DNA of 64,000 nt, from the NCBI GenBank assembly GCA_050747905.1, contig JBOGKQ010000006.1, forward strand, positions 52,980 to 116,979, read 5' to 3'. This document shows positions 56,452 through 63,113 of the stretch, piece after piece; the stretch's first letter is position 1, and every line of letters begins with the position of its first letter. This DNA is from Terriglobales bacterium. GTDB taxonomy: Bacteria > Acidobacteriota > Terriglobia > Terriglobales > SCQP01. The notes below the pieces were generated by a model, which saw nothing but the letters and a program-made list of their open reading frames with translations, was not told the DNA's origin and did no database searches. Made by a program: the position numbers and the translations under genes.

Positions 56452-57363
56452 ATGTTTATGGCCCTTACGCCCAGCCAACCTGACGCGGCAACTGGGAGAC
56501 GCTCTGAGCGCCAGCCGGCGTCGGTTGCCGGCGAGCGGAGTTCCGGCCCGGTGCCACCATCTGGCCTGCAAACCACGGATGCCTCTCCCTTCCTAGTCCA
56601 GATCGGCCAGCTTTACGAGGGCCCGTTTGACCTGCTGCTGGACCTGATCCGCCGGCAGAACATCAACATCTACGACATCCCCATCGCCGCCATCACGACC
56701 GAGTATTTGGCCTACTTGAAGACTCTCCGCGACCTCGACGTGGAAGTTGCCGCCGAGTTTCTGGTCGTCGCTGCCACCCTCATCCAGATTAAGAGCAAGA
56801 TGATGCTTCCGGCAGATCCAGTGCTGCCGGGCGAGGAGCTCTTGGGCGACCCACGCGAGGAGTTGATCCAGCGGCTACTCGAGTACGAGCAGTTCAAGCA
56901 GGCGGCCTCGCAACTGCATCAGCGCCAGCAGTTGGAAGAGGCGAGCTGGTCGCGCCCCCAGGCCTGGGAGCAGGCGGCGGAGGAGGTGGAGGCCGAGCCC
57001 GGCCAGCTCACGGTGGGCGTGCATGATCTGGTGTCCACGTTTCGCCAGGTCTTGCAGCGGCTGCAGGAGCGCCCGCTGTTGACGCTGGAGACCGGGGAGG
57101 TCAGCGTGCGCTCAAGGATGGACGCTATGCACCTGCTGCTAACTTTGACGGAGGAGCCGATTGCCGTCCGCCCGCTGTTTCAGCAGGCACACAGCCGCCA
57201 GGCGCTGCTGGCGACATTTCTGGCGATCCTCGAGCTGGTGCGGCTGCAGATCGCGATGCTCCGTCAGGACCGCCCCTTTGGCGAGATTCTGCTCAAGCGA
57301 CACCGCCGCTTTCGCGAGGCTTGGATGGATTTCGTGGTGGCGTCTCCGGGTGAGCCGCAATGA
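56452..57363 (+). CDS. scpA: Segregation and condensation protein A (kleisin)
   Basis: YEGPFDLLLDLIRRQNINIYDIPIAAITTEYL is present. The start is uncertain: the only in-frame ATGs (56452/56458) lie upstream of repeat copy I, so the first 45 or so codons would be repeat-encoded. Confidence 0.8.
   Translation: MFMALTPSQPDAATGRRSERQPASVAGERSSGPVPPSGLQTTDASPFLVQIGQLYEGPFDLLLDLIRRQNINIYDIPIAAITTEYLAYLKTLRDLDVEVAAEFLVVAATLIQIKSKMMLPADPVLPGEELLGDPREELIQRLLEYEQFKQAASQLHQRQQLEEASWSRPQAWEQAAEEVEAEPGQLTVGVHDLVSTFRQVLQRLQERPLLTLETGEVSVRSRMDAMHLLLTLTEEPIAVRPLFQQAHSRQALLATFLAILELVRLQIAMLRQDRPFGEILLKRHRRFREAWMDFVVASPGEPQ
56494..56557 (+). repeat. Dispersed mosaic repeat, copy I (M1-M2), inside the annotated 5' end of scpA
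   Basis: GGGAGACGCTCTGAGCGCCAGCCGGCGTCGGTTGCCGGCGAGCGGAGTTCCGGCCCGGTGCCACC. It matches copy J except for a 15-nt indel. Confidence 0.85.
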
Positions 57364-57944
57364 GCGCGATCACGTCCGCGGTCGAAGCGATCATCTATGC
57401 CGCCGAGGACCCGGCCACGGTGGCGCAGATGGCGCAGGTGCTGGGGGTCGTGCCCGCGGCGGTCCAAGCCGCCGTGGACGAGCTCTGCGCGCGCTATGCG
57501 CCCGACGCCATCGGCATTGAACTGCGCGCCGTCGCCGGCGGCTACCGCATGGCCACCAAGGCGCAGCACCACGACGTGGTGCGCCAATTCCTCACAAGCC
57601 TGCGGCCGCGCGTGCGCCTTTCCCTGGCGGCTCTGGAAACCCTCGCCGTCATCGCCTACAAGCAGCCCGTCACCTTGCCCGAAATCCGCGAACTGCGCGG
57701 CGTCGATCCAGCCGGGGTGATCAATACGCTGCTGGAGAAAAAACTCGTGGCCGCCGCCGGGCGCAAGGAAGTGGTCGGCAAGCCCATCCTCTACCGCACC
57801 ACCAGGGATTTTCTCATTCAGTTTGGTCTCGCGAGCCTGCGCGACCTGCCCACGCTGAAGGAATTCGAGGAAATGGCCCAGGCAGGTCTCGAAGGCCTCG
57901 AACCCACCCCGGAACCCCCCGCATCCGGCCCCGCCGACGCCTGA
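57360..57944 (+). CDS. scpB: Segregation and condensation protein B
   Basis: The start overlaps the scpA stop (ATGA). AIIYAAEDP, LSLAALETLAVIAYKQPVTLPEIRELRGV and GKPILYRTT are present. Confidence 0.85.
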   Translation: MSAITSAVEAIIYAAEDPATVAQMAQVLGVVPAAVQAAVDELCARYAPDAIGIELRAVAGGYRMATKAQHHDVVRQFLTSLRPRVRLSLAALETLAVIAYKQPVTLPEIRELRGVDPAGVINTLLEKKLVAAAGRKEVVGKPILYRTTRDFLIQFGLASLRDLPTLKEFEEMAQAGLEGLEPTPEPPASGPADA

Positions 57945-57960
57945 GCGGCCCGGCACAACA

Positions 57961-57992
57961 CCCCGGCCCGGGCTGGGGCCCGCGCCAACCTT
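57961..57992 (+). repeat. Dispersed mosaic repeat, short copy F (end of M2 fused to M7)
   Basis: CCCCGGCCCGGGCTGGGGCCCGCGCCAACCTT, between the convergent scpB and sigma-54 activator genes. Confidence 0.65.
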
Positions 57993-57999
57993 GCCCCTC

Positions 58000-59001
58000 C
58001 TACTCCTTCGGCCGCAGCACCCCGGCTGGAAGCTTGTCGGTCCAGGGAGCGTCAAGGCCGTAGCGGCGGCGCTTTTCCAGCAGCGTTTTGGAACTGATGC
58101 CGAGCGCTTTTGCGGTCGCCTGCTTGCGCCCCCGCAAGCGCTGCAGCACCGCCGCGATGTGCTCTTTTTCAACCTCCCGCAGCGTTTTTACCGTCGGCGT
58201 GGCCTCCCCCGCCAGGCGCACGTAGGGGGGGAAATCCTCCAGCGTCAGCTCCGGTTGCTTGCTCCAGATCAGCGCCCGGCTGAGCAGATTGCGGAGCTCG
58301 CGCACGTTGCCGGGGAAATGGTAGGCCTCGAGCGCCCGCCGCACCTCCGGGCTCAGCTTGACGCCGTGCTCGCGCCCCCGCTCACTCAGAAAATGTTCCG
58401 CCAACGGCAAAATGTCGCCCCGGCGCTCGCGCAGCGGCGGCACCTGCAAGGGCAGCACGAACAGGCGGTAGTAGAGGTCCTCGCGGAAATCGCGCCGCGC
58501 CACTGCCTGTTCCAGCTCGACATTGGTGAGCGCCAGCAGCCGCGCCTGGATGCGGATCGAAGTGCGCCCGCCCAGCCGCTCGAAGGTTTTTTCCTCGATC
58601 ACGCGCAGCAGTTTGGCCTGCAATGCCATGCTCAGCGCGGCGATCTCATCCAGCACCAGCGTGCCCTCGCCCGCCGTCTCCAGCCGCCCCGGCTTGGCCT
58701 GATAGGCGCCCGTGAAGGCGCCTTTTTCGTAGCCGAACAATTCGCTTTCCAGCAGGTCTGCGGGCAGGCTGGCACAGTCAATTTTCACCAGCGGGGCGTG
58801 CTCCCGCGGCCCCAGAAAATGCAGCAGGTGCGCCAACTGATCCTTGCCGGTGCCGCTTTCACCCAGAATCAGCACCGTGGTCGGCTGGCTCGCTGCCTTG
58901 CGCACGATTTCGAGCAGTTGCACCGACGCCGGATCTTCAGCGATCCACACCGGCAGCGGCCGTTGTGTTTCGGGGGGCTCGATGGCGGGCTGGCTGTCCA
59001 C
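58000..59001 (-). CDS. Sigma-54-dependent transcriptional activator (AAA+ + Fis-type HTH; no N-terminal sensory domain)
   Basis: Walker A (GESGTGKD), GAFTGA (EKGAFTGA), Walker B (LVLDEI), the R-finger region and a C-terminal HTH (ATAKALGISSKTLLEKRRRYGL) are present. Start GTG 59001 is chosen just past the rsfS stop. Only about 20 residues precede the AAA+ core. Confidence 0.8.
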   Translation of the reverse strand: MDSQPAIEPPETQRPLPVWIAEDPASVQLLEIVRKAASQPTTVLILGESGTGKDQLAHLLHFLGPREHAPLVKIDCASLPADLLESELFGYEKGAFTGAYQAKPGRLETAGEGTLVLDEIAALSMALQAKLLRVIEEKTFERLGGRTSIRIQARLLALTNVELEQAVARRDFREDLYYRLFVLPLQVPPLRERRGDILPLAEHFLSERGREHGVKLSPEVRRALEAYHFPGNVRELRNLLSRALIWSKQPELTLEDFPPYVRLAGEATPTVKTLREVEKEHIAAVLQRLRGRKQATAKALGISSKTLLEKRRRYGLDAPWTDKLPAGVLRPKE

Positions 59002-59009
59002 GGCCGCGG

Positions 59010-59417
59010 TTACCCTTTTCTCTCCGCCCTGAGGGCGACCTGGGGCGCGCCCGACCAGAGGCGCTCGAGATCGTAGAAGCGCCGGGTGCGCGGCGAAAAG
59101 ATATGCACCATGAAATCCATGTAGTCGAGCGCCACCCACTCGCCCTGCCGCGTTCCCTCGCGCTGCACCGCGCGCATCCCCTCCGCCTCCAGCCGCTGCT
59201 CGATGGCCGCGGCGATGGCCTGGATCTGCTGGGGATTGTTGCCGTGGCAGATCAGGAAGTAGTCGCAGAAGTCGGCCTGCTTGCGCAAATCGAGCAGCAC
59301 CGGATCGAGCGCCTTCTTGGATGCGCTGGCGGCGGCGGCGGCGCGCAGCAGGCGGCGCAGCCGGGCATCGGTGGTTTTCGAGCGGGAAGCCGGGGACGAG
59401 GGTTTCGCTTTAGCCAT
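59010..59417 (-). CDS. rsfS: Ribosome silencing factor RsfS
   Basis: Start ATG 59417 (MAKAKPS). FCDYFLICHGNNPQQIQAIA, EWVALDYMDFMVHIF and YDLERLW are present. Confidence 0.85.
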   Translation of the reverse strand: MAKAKPSSPASRSKTTDARLRRLLRAAAAASASKKALDPVLLDLRKQADFCDYFLICHGNNPQQIQAIAAAIEQRLEAEGMRAVQREGTRQGEWVALDYMDFMVHIFSPRTRRFYDLERLWSGAPQVALRAERKG

Positions 59418-60162
59418 GGGAGGGGTAAAGGCCGGCGCGGCGCGCATAGCGGGCGACGGCGGCGGGCACCGGCGCGGCCGTGGATCGCGCCAGTTGCCGG
59501 CGCGCGCGGCTGGCGCTGGAGGGGTCAACAAAATCCGCCAGCCACTGGATGCGGGTGGCGTTGCGCAGGCGCGCTCCGCCCGCGCTCACTTCCGCCGTCA
59601 TGCTCTGCGGCAGCACCTTGCGCACATCTTCCCACCGATGCCCGCCGCGCGCCAGCACCAGCCAATCGCACGCGGTGAGCAGCGTCCGCCAGCGATGCCA
59701 GCTGGGCAGCGTGAGGAAGGCGTCGGCGCCCAGAATGAAGACCACCCGCGGCAGCGGGGAGACGCCCTGAGCGCCAGCCGGCGTCGGTTTTCGGCGAGCG
59801 GAACTCTGCTGCACGGAGTTCCGGCCCGGCCACCGCCCGACCGCGGGCGCCAGCCGCTTGCGCACCCAGCGCAACTGATCCAGCGTATACGTGGGCCGGC
59901 CCGCCACATCCGGCACCGCCAGCGGCAGCCAGCGCGGCTTGCCTGCGAGCGCCAGCGCCAGCATGGCAAAGCGGTCGGCATAGCCCGCCACCGGCGCCCC
60001 GCGGCGGTGCCAGGGCTGCGGCGCCGGCACAAAATAAATGCGCCCCAGCTTGCCCGCCCGCTCGGCTGCCCGCGCCATGGCAAGATGGCCGCGGGTGACC
60101 GGATCGAACGTGCCGCCCAAAATTCCCACCCGCTGCGCCAACCTGGAGACGGCCACTCTCAT
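59410..60162 (-). CDS. nadD: Nicotinate-nucleotide adenylyltransferase carrying an in-frame repeat insertion
   Basis: Start ATG 60162 overlaps the obg stop (ATGA). [15 protein letters not shown] and [16 protein letters not shown] are present. About 26 extra codons ([30 protein letters not shown]) correspond to repeat copy J. Confidence 0.85.
   Translation of the reverse strand: MRVAVSRLAQRVGILGGTFDPVTRGHLAMARAAERAGKLGRIYFVPAPQPWHRRGAPVAGYADRFAMLALALAGKPRWLPLAVPDVAGRPTYTLDQLRWVRKRLAPAVGRWPGRNSVQQSSARRKPTPAGAQGVSPLPRVVFILGADAFLTLPSWHRWRTLLTACDWLVLARGGHRWEDVRKVLPQSMTAEVSAGGARLRNATRIQWLADFVDPSSASRARRQLARSTAAPVPAAVARYARRAGLYPSHG
59757..59834 (+). repeat. Dispersed mosaic repeat, copy J (M1-M2 with a 15-nt internal duplication), inside nadD
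   Basis: GGGGAGACGCCCTGAGCGCCAGCCGGCGTCGGTTTTCGGCGAGCGGAACTCTGCTGCACGGAGTTCCGGCCCGGCCACC is about 78 nt. It lies on the strand opposite to nadD, and the reading frame is kept. Confidence 0.85.
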
Positions 60163-61178
60163 GAGGCCGCTGCCAGCCGCGCGCGTTGCAACTGCTCCAC
60201 CAACCCGAACTTGAACGCCCGCACGCCCGCGCCGGTCACCGCGGAAAGCTCGAAAAATGCCAGCCCCCGCGCCGCCGCCAGCGCGCGCAGCGCGGCCAGC
60301 TTTTCCGGCTCGGCAATATCGCATTTGCTGGCCACCACCACCATCGGCTTATCGGCAAGTCCTGCCCCAAAGTTGCACAGTTCCTGTTCAATGACCTCAA
60401 AGTCGTGCACCGCATCCCGTCCGCTGGCGGCGGAAACATCCACCAGATGTGCCAGCACCCGGGTGCGCTCGATGTGCTTCAAAAAGCGCGTGCCCAGGCC
60501 CACGCCCGCGTGCGCGCCCTCGATCAGGCCGGGAATATCGGCGATTACGAAGCTTGCTTCCTCGTCCCCCTCGACCCGCACCACCCCCAGGTTGGGCGTC
60601 AGCGTCGTAAACGGATAGTCGGCAATTTTGGGCCGCGCCGCCGACACCACTGAGATCAGCGTGCTCTTGCCCACGTTGGGAAAACCCACCAGGCCCACCT
60701 CCGCCAGGAGCTTCAGCTCCAGCTGGAGCCGTAGAAACTCGCCCGGCTGGCCCGGCTCCACCCGGCGGGGCGCCTGGTTGGTCGAGGTGGCGAAGCGCGC
60801 ATTGCCGCGCCCGCCATGCCCGCCGTGCGCCACGATACGGCGCTGGCCGGGTTGGTCAAAGTCGGCCACCGCCTCGCCGGTCTCGGCGTTGCTGACCACC
60901 GTGCCTACCGGCACGCGCAGCACCACGTCGTGGCCGCGCTTGCCATGGCAGCTGCTGCCCTCGCCGTGTCCCCCGCGTTGCGCTTTGTGCTCCGGGTTGA
61001 AGCGGAAATGCACCAGGGTGTTGTGGCGCTCGGAGCTTTCCAGGATGACATCGCCGCCATCGCCGCCATCGCCGCCGCTGGGTCCGCCCCGCGGAACATA
61101 CTTCTCCCGCCGGAAGGCCAGGCAGCCGTTGCCCCCGCCGCCCGCCTGCACTCGGATCTCGACTTCGTCAACAAACAT
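60159..61178 (-). CDS. obg: GTPase Obg/CgtA
   Basis: [39 protein letters not shown] is present, with G motifs [18 protein letters not shown] and SKCD. Confidence 0.95.
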   Translation of the reverse strand: MFVDEVEIRVQAGGGGNGCLAFRREKYVPRGGPSGGDGGDGGDVILESSERHNTLVHFRFNPEHKAQRGGHGEGSSCHGKRGHDVVLRVPVGTVVSNAETGEAVADFDQPGQRRIVAHGGHGGRGNARFATSTNQAPRRVEPGQPGEFLRLQLELKLLAEVGLVGFPNVGKSTLISVVSAARPKIADYPFTTLTPNLGVVRVEGDEEASFVIADIPGLIEGAHAGVGLGTRFLKHIERTRVLAHLVDVSAASGRDAVHDFEVIEQELCNFGAGLADKPMVVVASKCDIAEPEKLAALRALAAARGLAFFELSAVTGAGVRAFKFGLVEQLQRARLAAAS

Positions 61179-61205
61179 CCAGGGAAGCCGCGTCGCCGGC
61201 CCGGC

Positions 61206-61475
61206 CTAGGCCGCGGGAGCGGCCGCCGGGCGCACGTTGATGAACTTGCCGCGCTGCCCGCGATCCATAAATTCGACCACGCCCGCGGTCAAGGCGAACA
61301 AGGTATCGTCCTTGCCGCGGCCCACGTTCGTGCCCGGCTTGAACGGGGTGCCGCGCTGGCGCACCAGGATGGTGCCGCCCAACACACGTTCGCCGCCATA
61401 GCGCTTGATGCCCAGCCGCTGCGCGTTCGAATCGCGCCCGTTGCGAGAACTGCCTAAGCCTTTTTTGTGTGCCAT
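61206..61475 (-). CDS. rpmA: 50S ribosomal protein L27
   Basis: [29 protein letters not shown]...RQRGT.F.PG.NVG is present. Confidence 0.97.
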   Translation of the reverse strand: MAHKKGLGSSRNGRDSNAQRLGIKRYGGERVLGGTILVRQRGTPFKPGTNVGRGKDDTLFALTAGVVEFMDRGQRGKFINVRPAAAPAA

Positions 61476-61484
61476 GCTGGCCGC

Positions 61485-61784
61485 CTATGCCTGAATGTCC
61501 TGGATGCGCACGCGCGTGAACGCCTGCCGGTGGCCCTGCAGCTTTTTGTACTGCTTCTTGCGCTTGTAATGAAAAACGAGCACTTTCTGGCCGCGCGCCT
61601 GGCGTACGACCGTCGCCCGCACCTTGGCGCCAGCGCCCGGCTTCAACCCTGCCTCGCCGCCCACCGCCAGCACGTCGGCAAACTCGACTGTCTCGCCTGC
61701 CGGCTGCGGCAGCTTTTCCAGCTCCAGCTCGTCGCCCGGGCTGACGCGGTACTGCTTGCCACCACTCCGTATCACCGCATACAT
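61485..61784 (-). CDS. rplU: 50S ribosomal protein L21
   Basis: MYAVIRSGGKQYRVSPGD...FHYKRKKQYKKLQGHRQ is present. Confidence 0.97.
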   Translation of the reverse strand: MYAVIRSGGKQYRVSPGDELELEKLPQPAGETVEFADVLAVGGEAGLKPGAGAKVRATVVRQARGQKVLVFHYKRKKQYKKLQGHRQAFTRVRIQDIQA

Positions 61785-61865
61785 GTAGGGATCTCCACCT
61801 GCGGCAGGCCTCAGCTACGCCACTGCCACGCGCAGGCCCTTATTGTAGCAGGGATAGCCCCTCAA

Positions 61866-61924
61866 GGCGCAGCGTCGGGTTGGGGCCAGGGGCCCCAGCC
61901 GCGCTGGGGCCCACGCCAAAATTT
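61866..61924 (+). repeat. Dispersed mosaic repeat, copy E (diverged M4-like + M7)
   Basis: GGCGCAGCGTCGGGTTGGGGCCAGGGGCCCCAGCCGCGCTGGGGCCCACGCCAAAATTT. It contains a 7-bp hairpin (CCCCAGC-CGC-GCTGGGG). Confidence 0.7.
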
Positions 61925-61939
61925 CCCCTCCGCGCCACC

Positions 61940-62161
61940 TCAGGCGGCGCGATTCATGCCTAGCAAGGCCGGCGGAGTCGCCCCGGGCGCAATCGCCGCC
62001 GCCGCCGGCTGACCGATTACGTCTTCCCAGGTGCGCTCGTAGGCCACCATACAGCGGGCGCAGCGCAGGCCATACGTACCGTTGTCCCAACGTGCGCGCA
62101 CCCAGCGATGACCGCAGGTGTGCTGCTGCCAACCCCGCAAAAGCCCCTCCATCATCCTCAT
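61940..62161 (-). CDS. Small hypothetical protein (73 aa) with a C-x-H...C-x2-C pattern
   Basis: ATG 62161 is preceded by GGGAGGT with a 6-nt spacer. The sequence is MRMMEGLLRGWQQHTCGHRWVRARWDNGTYGLRCARCMVAYERTWEDV, followed by a low-complexity Ala/Pro tail. I do not recognise a family. Confidence 0.45.
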   Translation of the reverse strand: MRMMEGLLRGWQQHTCGHRWVRARWDNGTYGLRCARCMVAYERTWEDVIGQPAAAAIAPGATPPALLGMNRAA

Positions 62162-62212
62162 GTCGCAACCTCCCAGCCGCTTTCAGAGTAGCCGCTTATT
62201 GGATGAAGGGAC

Positions 62213-62251
62213 AAAAAAATAGGATGCGCAACCTGGCACATCCTATTTTTT
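62213..62251. terminator. Bidirectional rho-independent terminator
   Basis: AAAAAAAT-AGGATG-cgcaacctggca-CATCCT-ATTTTTT. The stem is flanked by an A-run on one side and a T-run on the other. It lies directly downstream of the 19-codon ORF on the minus strand. Confidence 0.6.
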
Positions 62252-62289
62252 CTGGGCAGGGGGCTTGCCGCCCCCCACTGGTGAGAGAG

Positions 62290-62349
62290 CTACTTCTTCT
62301 TCTTAGCGGTCTTTTTCGCGGCCTTTTTCGCCGGTTTCTTAGCAGCCAT
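62290..62349 (-). CDS. Candidate micro-ORF encoding a 19-aa Lys/Ala-rich basic peptide (MAAKKPAKKAAKKTAKKKK)
   Basis: Found by manual translation; it is below the ORF-track size cutoff. A perfect SD (AAGGAGG, complement of 62356-62362) lies 6 nt upstream of ATG 62349. There is an in-frame TAA five codons upstream. A GC hairpin and the terminator follow. Confidence 0.45.
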   Translation of the reverse strand: MAAKKPAKKAAKKTAKKKK

Positions 62350-62411
62350 GTTTTTCCTCCTTTAGACTGTCCCCAACCCCATGATCTGGGGCTGTGGAAA
62401 TCACCACCCAA

Positions 62412-62441
62412 GATATATGGCCTCCACTACGTCGAAGTCAA
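62412..62441 (-). promoter_or_regulatory. Promoter candidate for the micro-ORF (TTGACT-N17/18-ATATAT/TATATC)
   Basis: The minus strand reads TCTTGACTTCGACGTAGTGGAGGCCATATATCTTGG, in a locally A+T-rich intergenic stretch. Confidence 0.35.
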
Positions 62442-62490
62442 GAAAAATCGTAAGCCTTGCCAAAATTATTCTTGACATTACGCGGCAACG

Positions 62491-62585
62491 TGGAGACGCC
62501 CTGAGCGCCTCGCGGGGGTCGCGCCGCTTTGCACCGCGGGCAAAATCGGCGCGAAGGGCCGCGCTCGCTGCCAACATTTCACCTG
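62491..62585 (+). repeat. Dispersed mosaic repeat, copy K (M1-M3-M7end)
   Basis: GTGGAGACGCCCTGAGCGCCTCGCGGGGGTCGCGCCGCTTTGCACCGCGGGCAAAATCGGCGCGAAGGGCCGCGCTCGCTGCCAACATTT. It contains the nested hairpin TCGCGCCG-c-TTTGC-N8-GCAAA-at-CGGCGCGA. Its last few nt overlap the purE stop region. Confidence 0.85.
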
Positions 62586-63088
62586 CGGGCTTGCAGCTTC
62601 TTCGATTTCTCCTCCACCTTGCGCACCAGGCCCTGCTTGTACTCCACCAGCTTTTGCGCCAGCGTGGCGTCGGAGAGCGCCAGGATCTGGGCCGCCAGCA
62701 CTGCCGCGTTGGTGGCGCCGGCCACGCCCACCGCCATGGTCGCTACCGGTACGCCCGCGGGCAGCATCGCCGTGGACAACAGCGCGTCAAAGCCCACCAG
62801 CGGCGACGTGGCTAGTGGTACGCCGATCACCGGCAGCGTGGTTTCGGCGGCGAGCGCGCCCGCCAGCGCCGCCGATGCGCCCGCGCCGGCGATAAGAATT
62901 TTCAGGCCGCGCTGGCGCGCCGAGCGCGCAAATGCCGCTGTGCGCTCCGGCGAGCGGTGCGCCGACACCACCTCCATGGTGTGCGGAATGCCGAAGCTGG
63001 CGAGTTCGTCGGCGGCGTGCTGCATGACGGATAGATCGGTGTCGCTGCCCATGAGAATGGCGACCAGTGGAGTCGAGGACGTAGGCAT
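62579..63088 (-). CDS. purE: 5-(carboxyamino)imidazole ribonucleotide mutase
   Basis: Start ATG 63088 is preceded by AAGGAGA. VAILMGSDTDL, VVSAHRSPER, AGASAALAG and PVIGVPL are present. Confidence 0.93.
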   Translation of the reverse strand: MPTSSTPLVAILMGSDTDLSVMQHAADELASFGIPHTMEVVSAHRSPERTAAFARSARQRGLKILIAGAGASAALAGALAAETTLPVIGVPLATSPLVGFDALLSTAMLPAGVPVATMAVGVAGATNAAVLAAQILALSDATLAQKLVEYKQGLVRKVEEKSKKLQARR

Positions 63089-63113
63089 GTAGGCGGTCTC
63101 CTTTTTTTTGCGC

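Noticed and set aside
9675-62585. Dispersed repeats as a CRISPR array
   Set aside because: The copies are kilobases apart, vary in length and module content, and have no regular spacer structure. No cas genes were seen.
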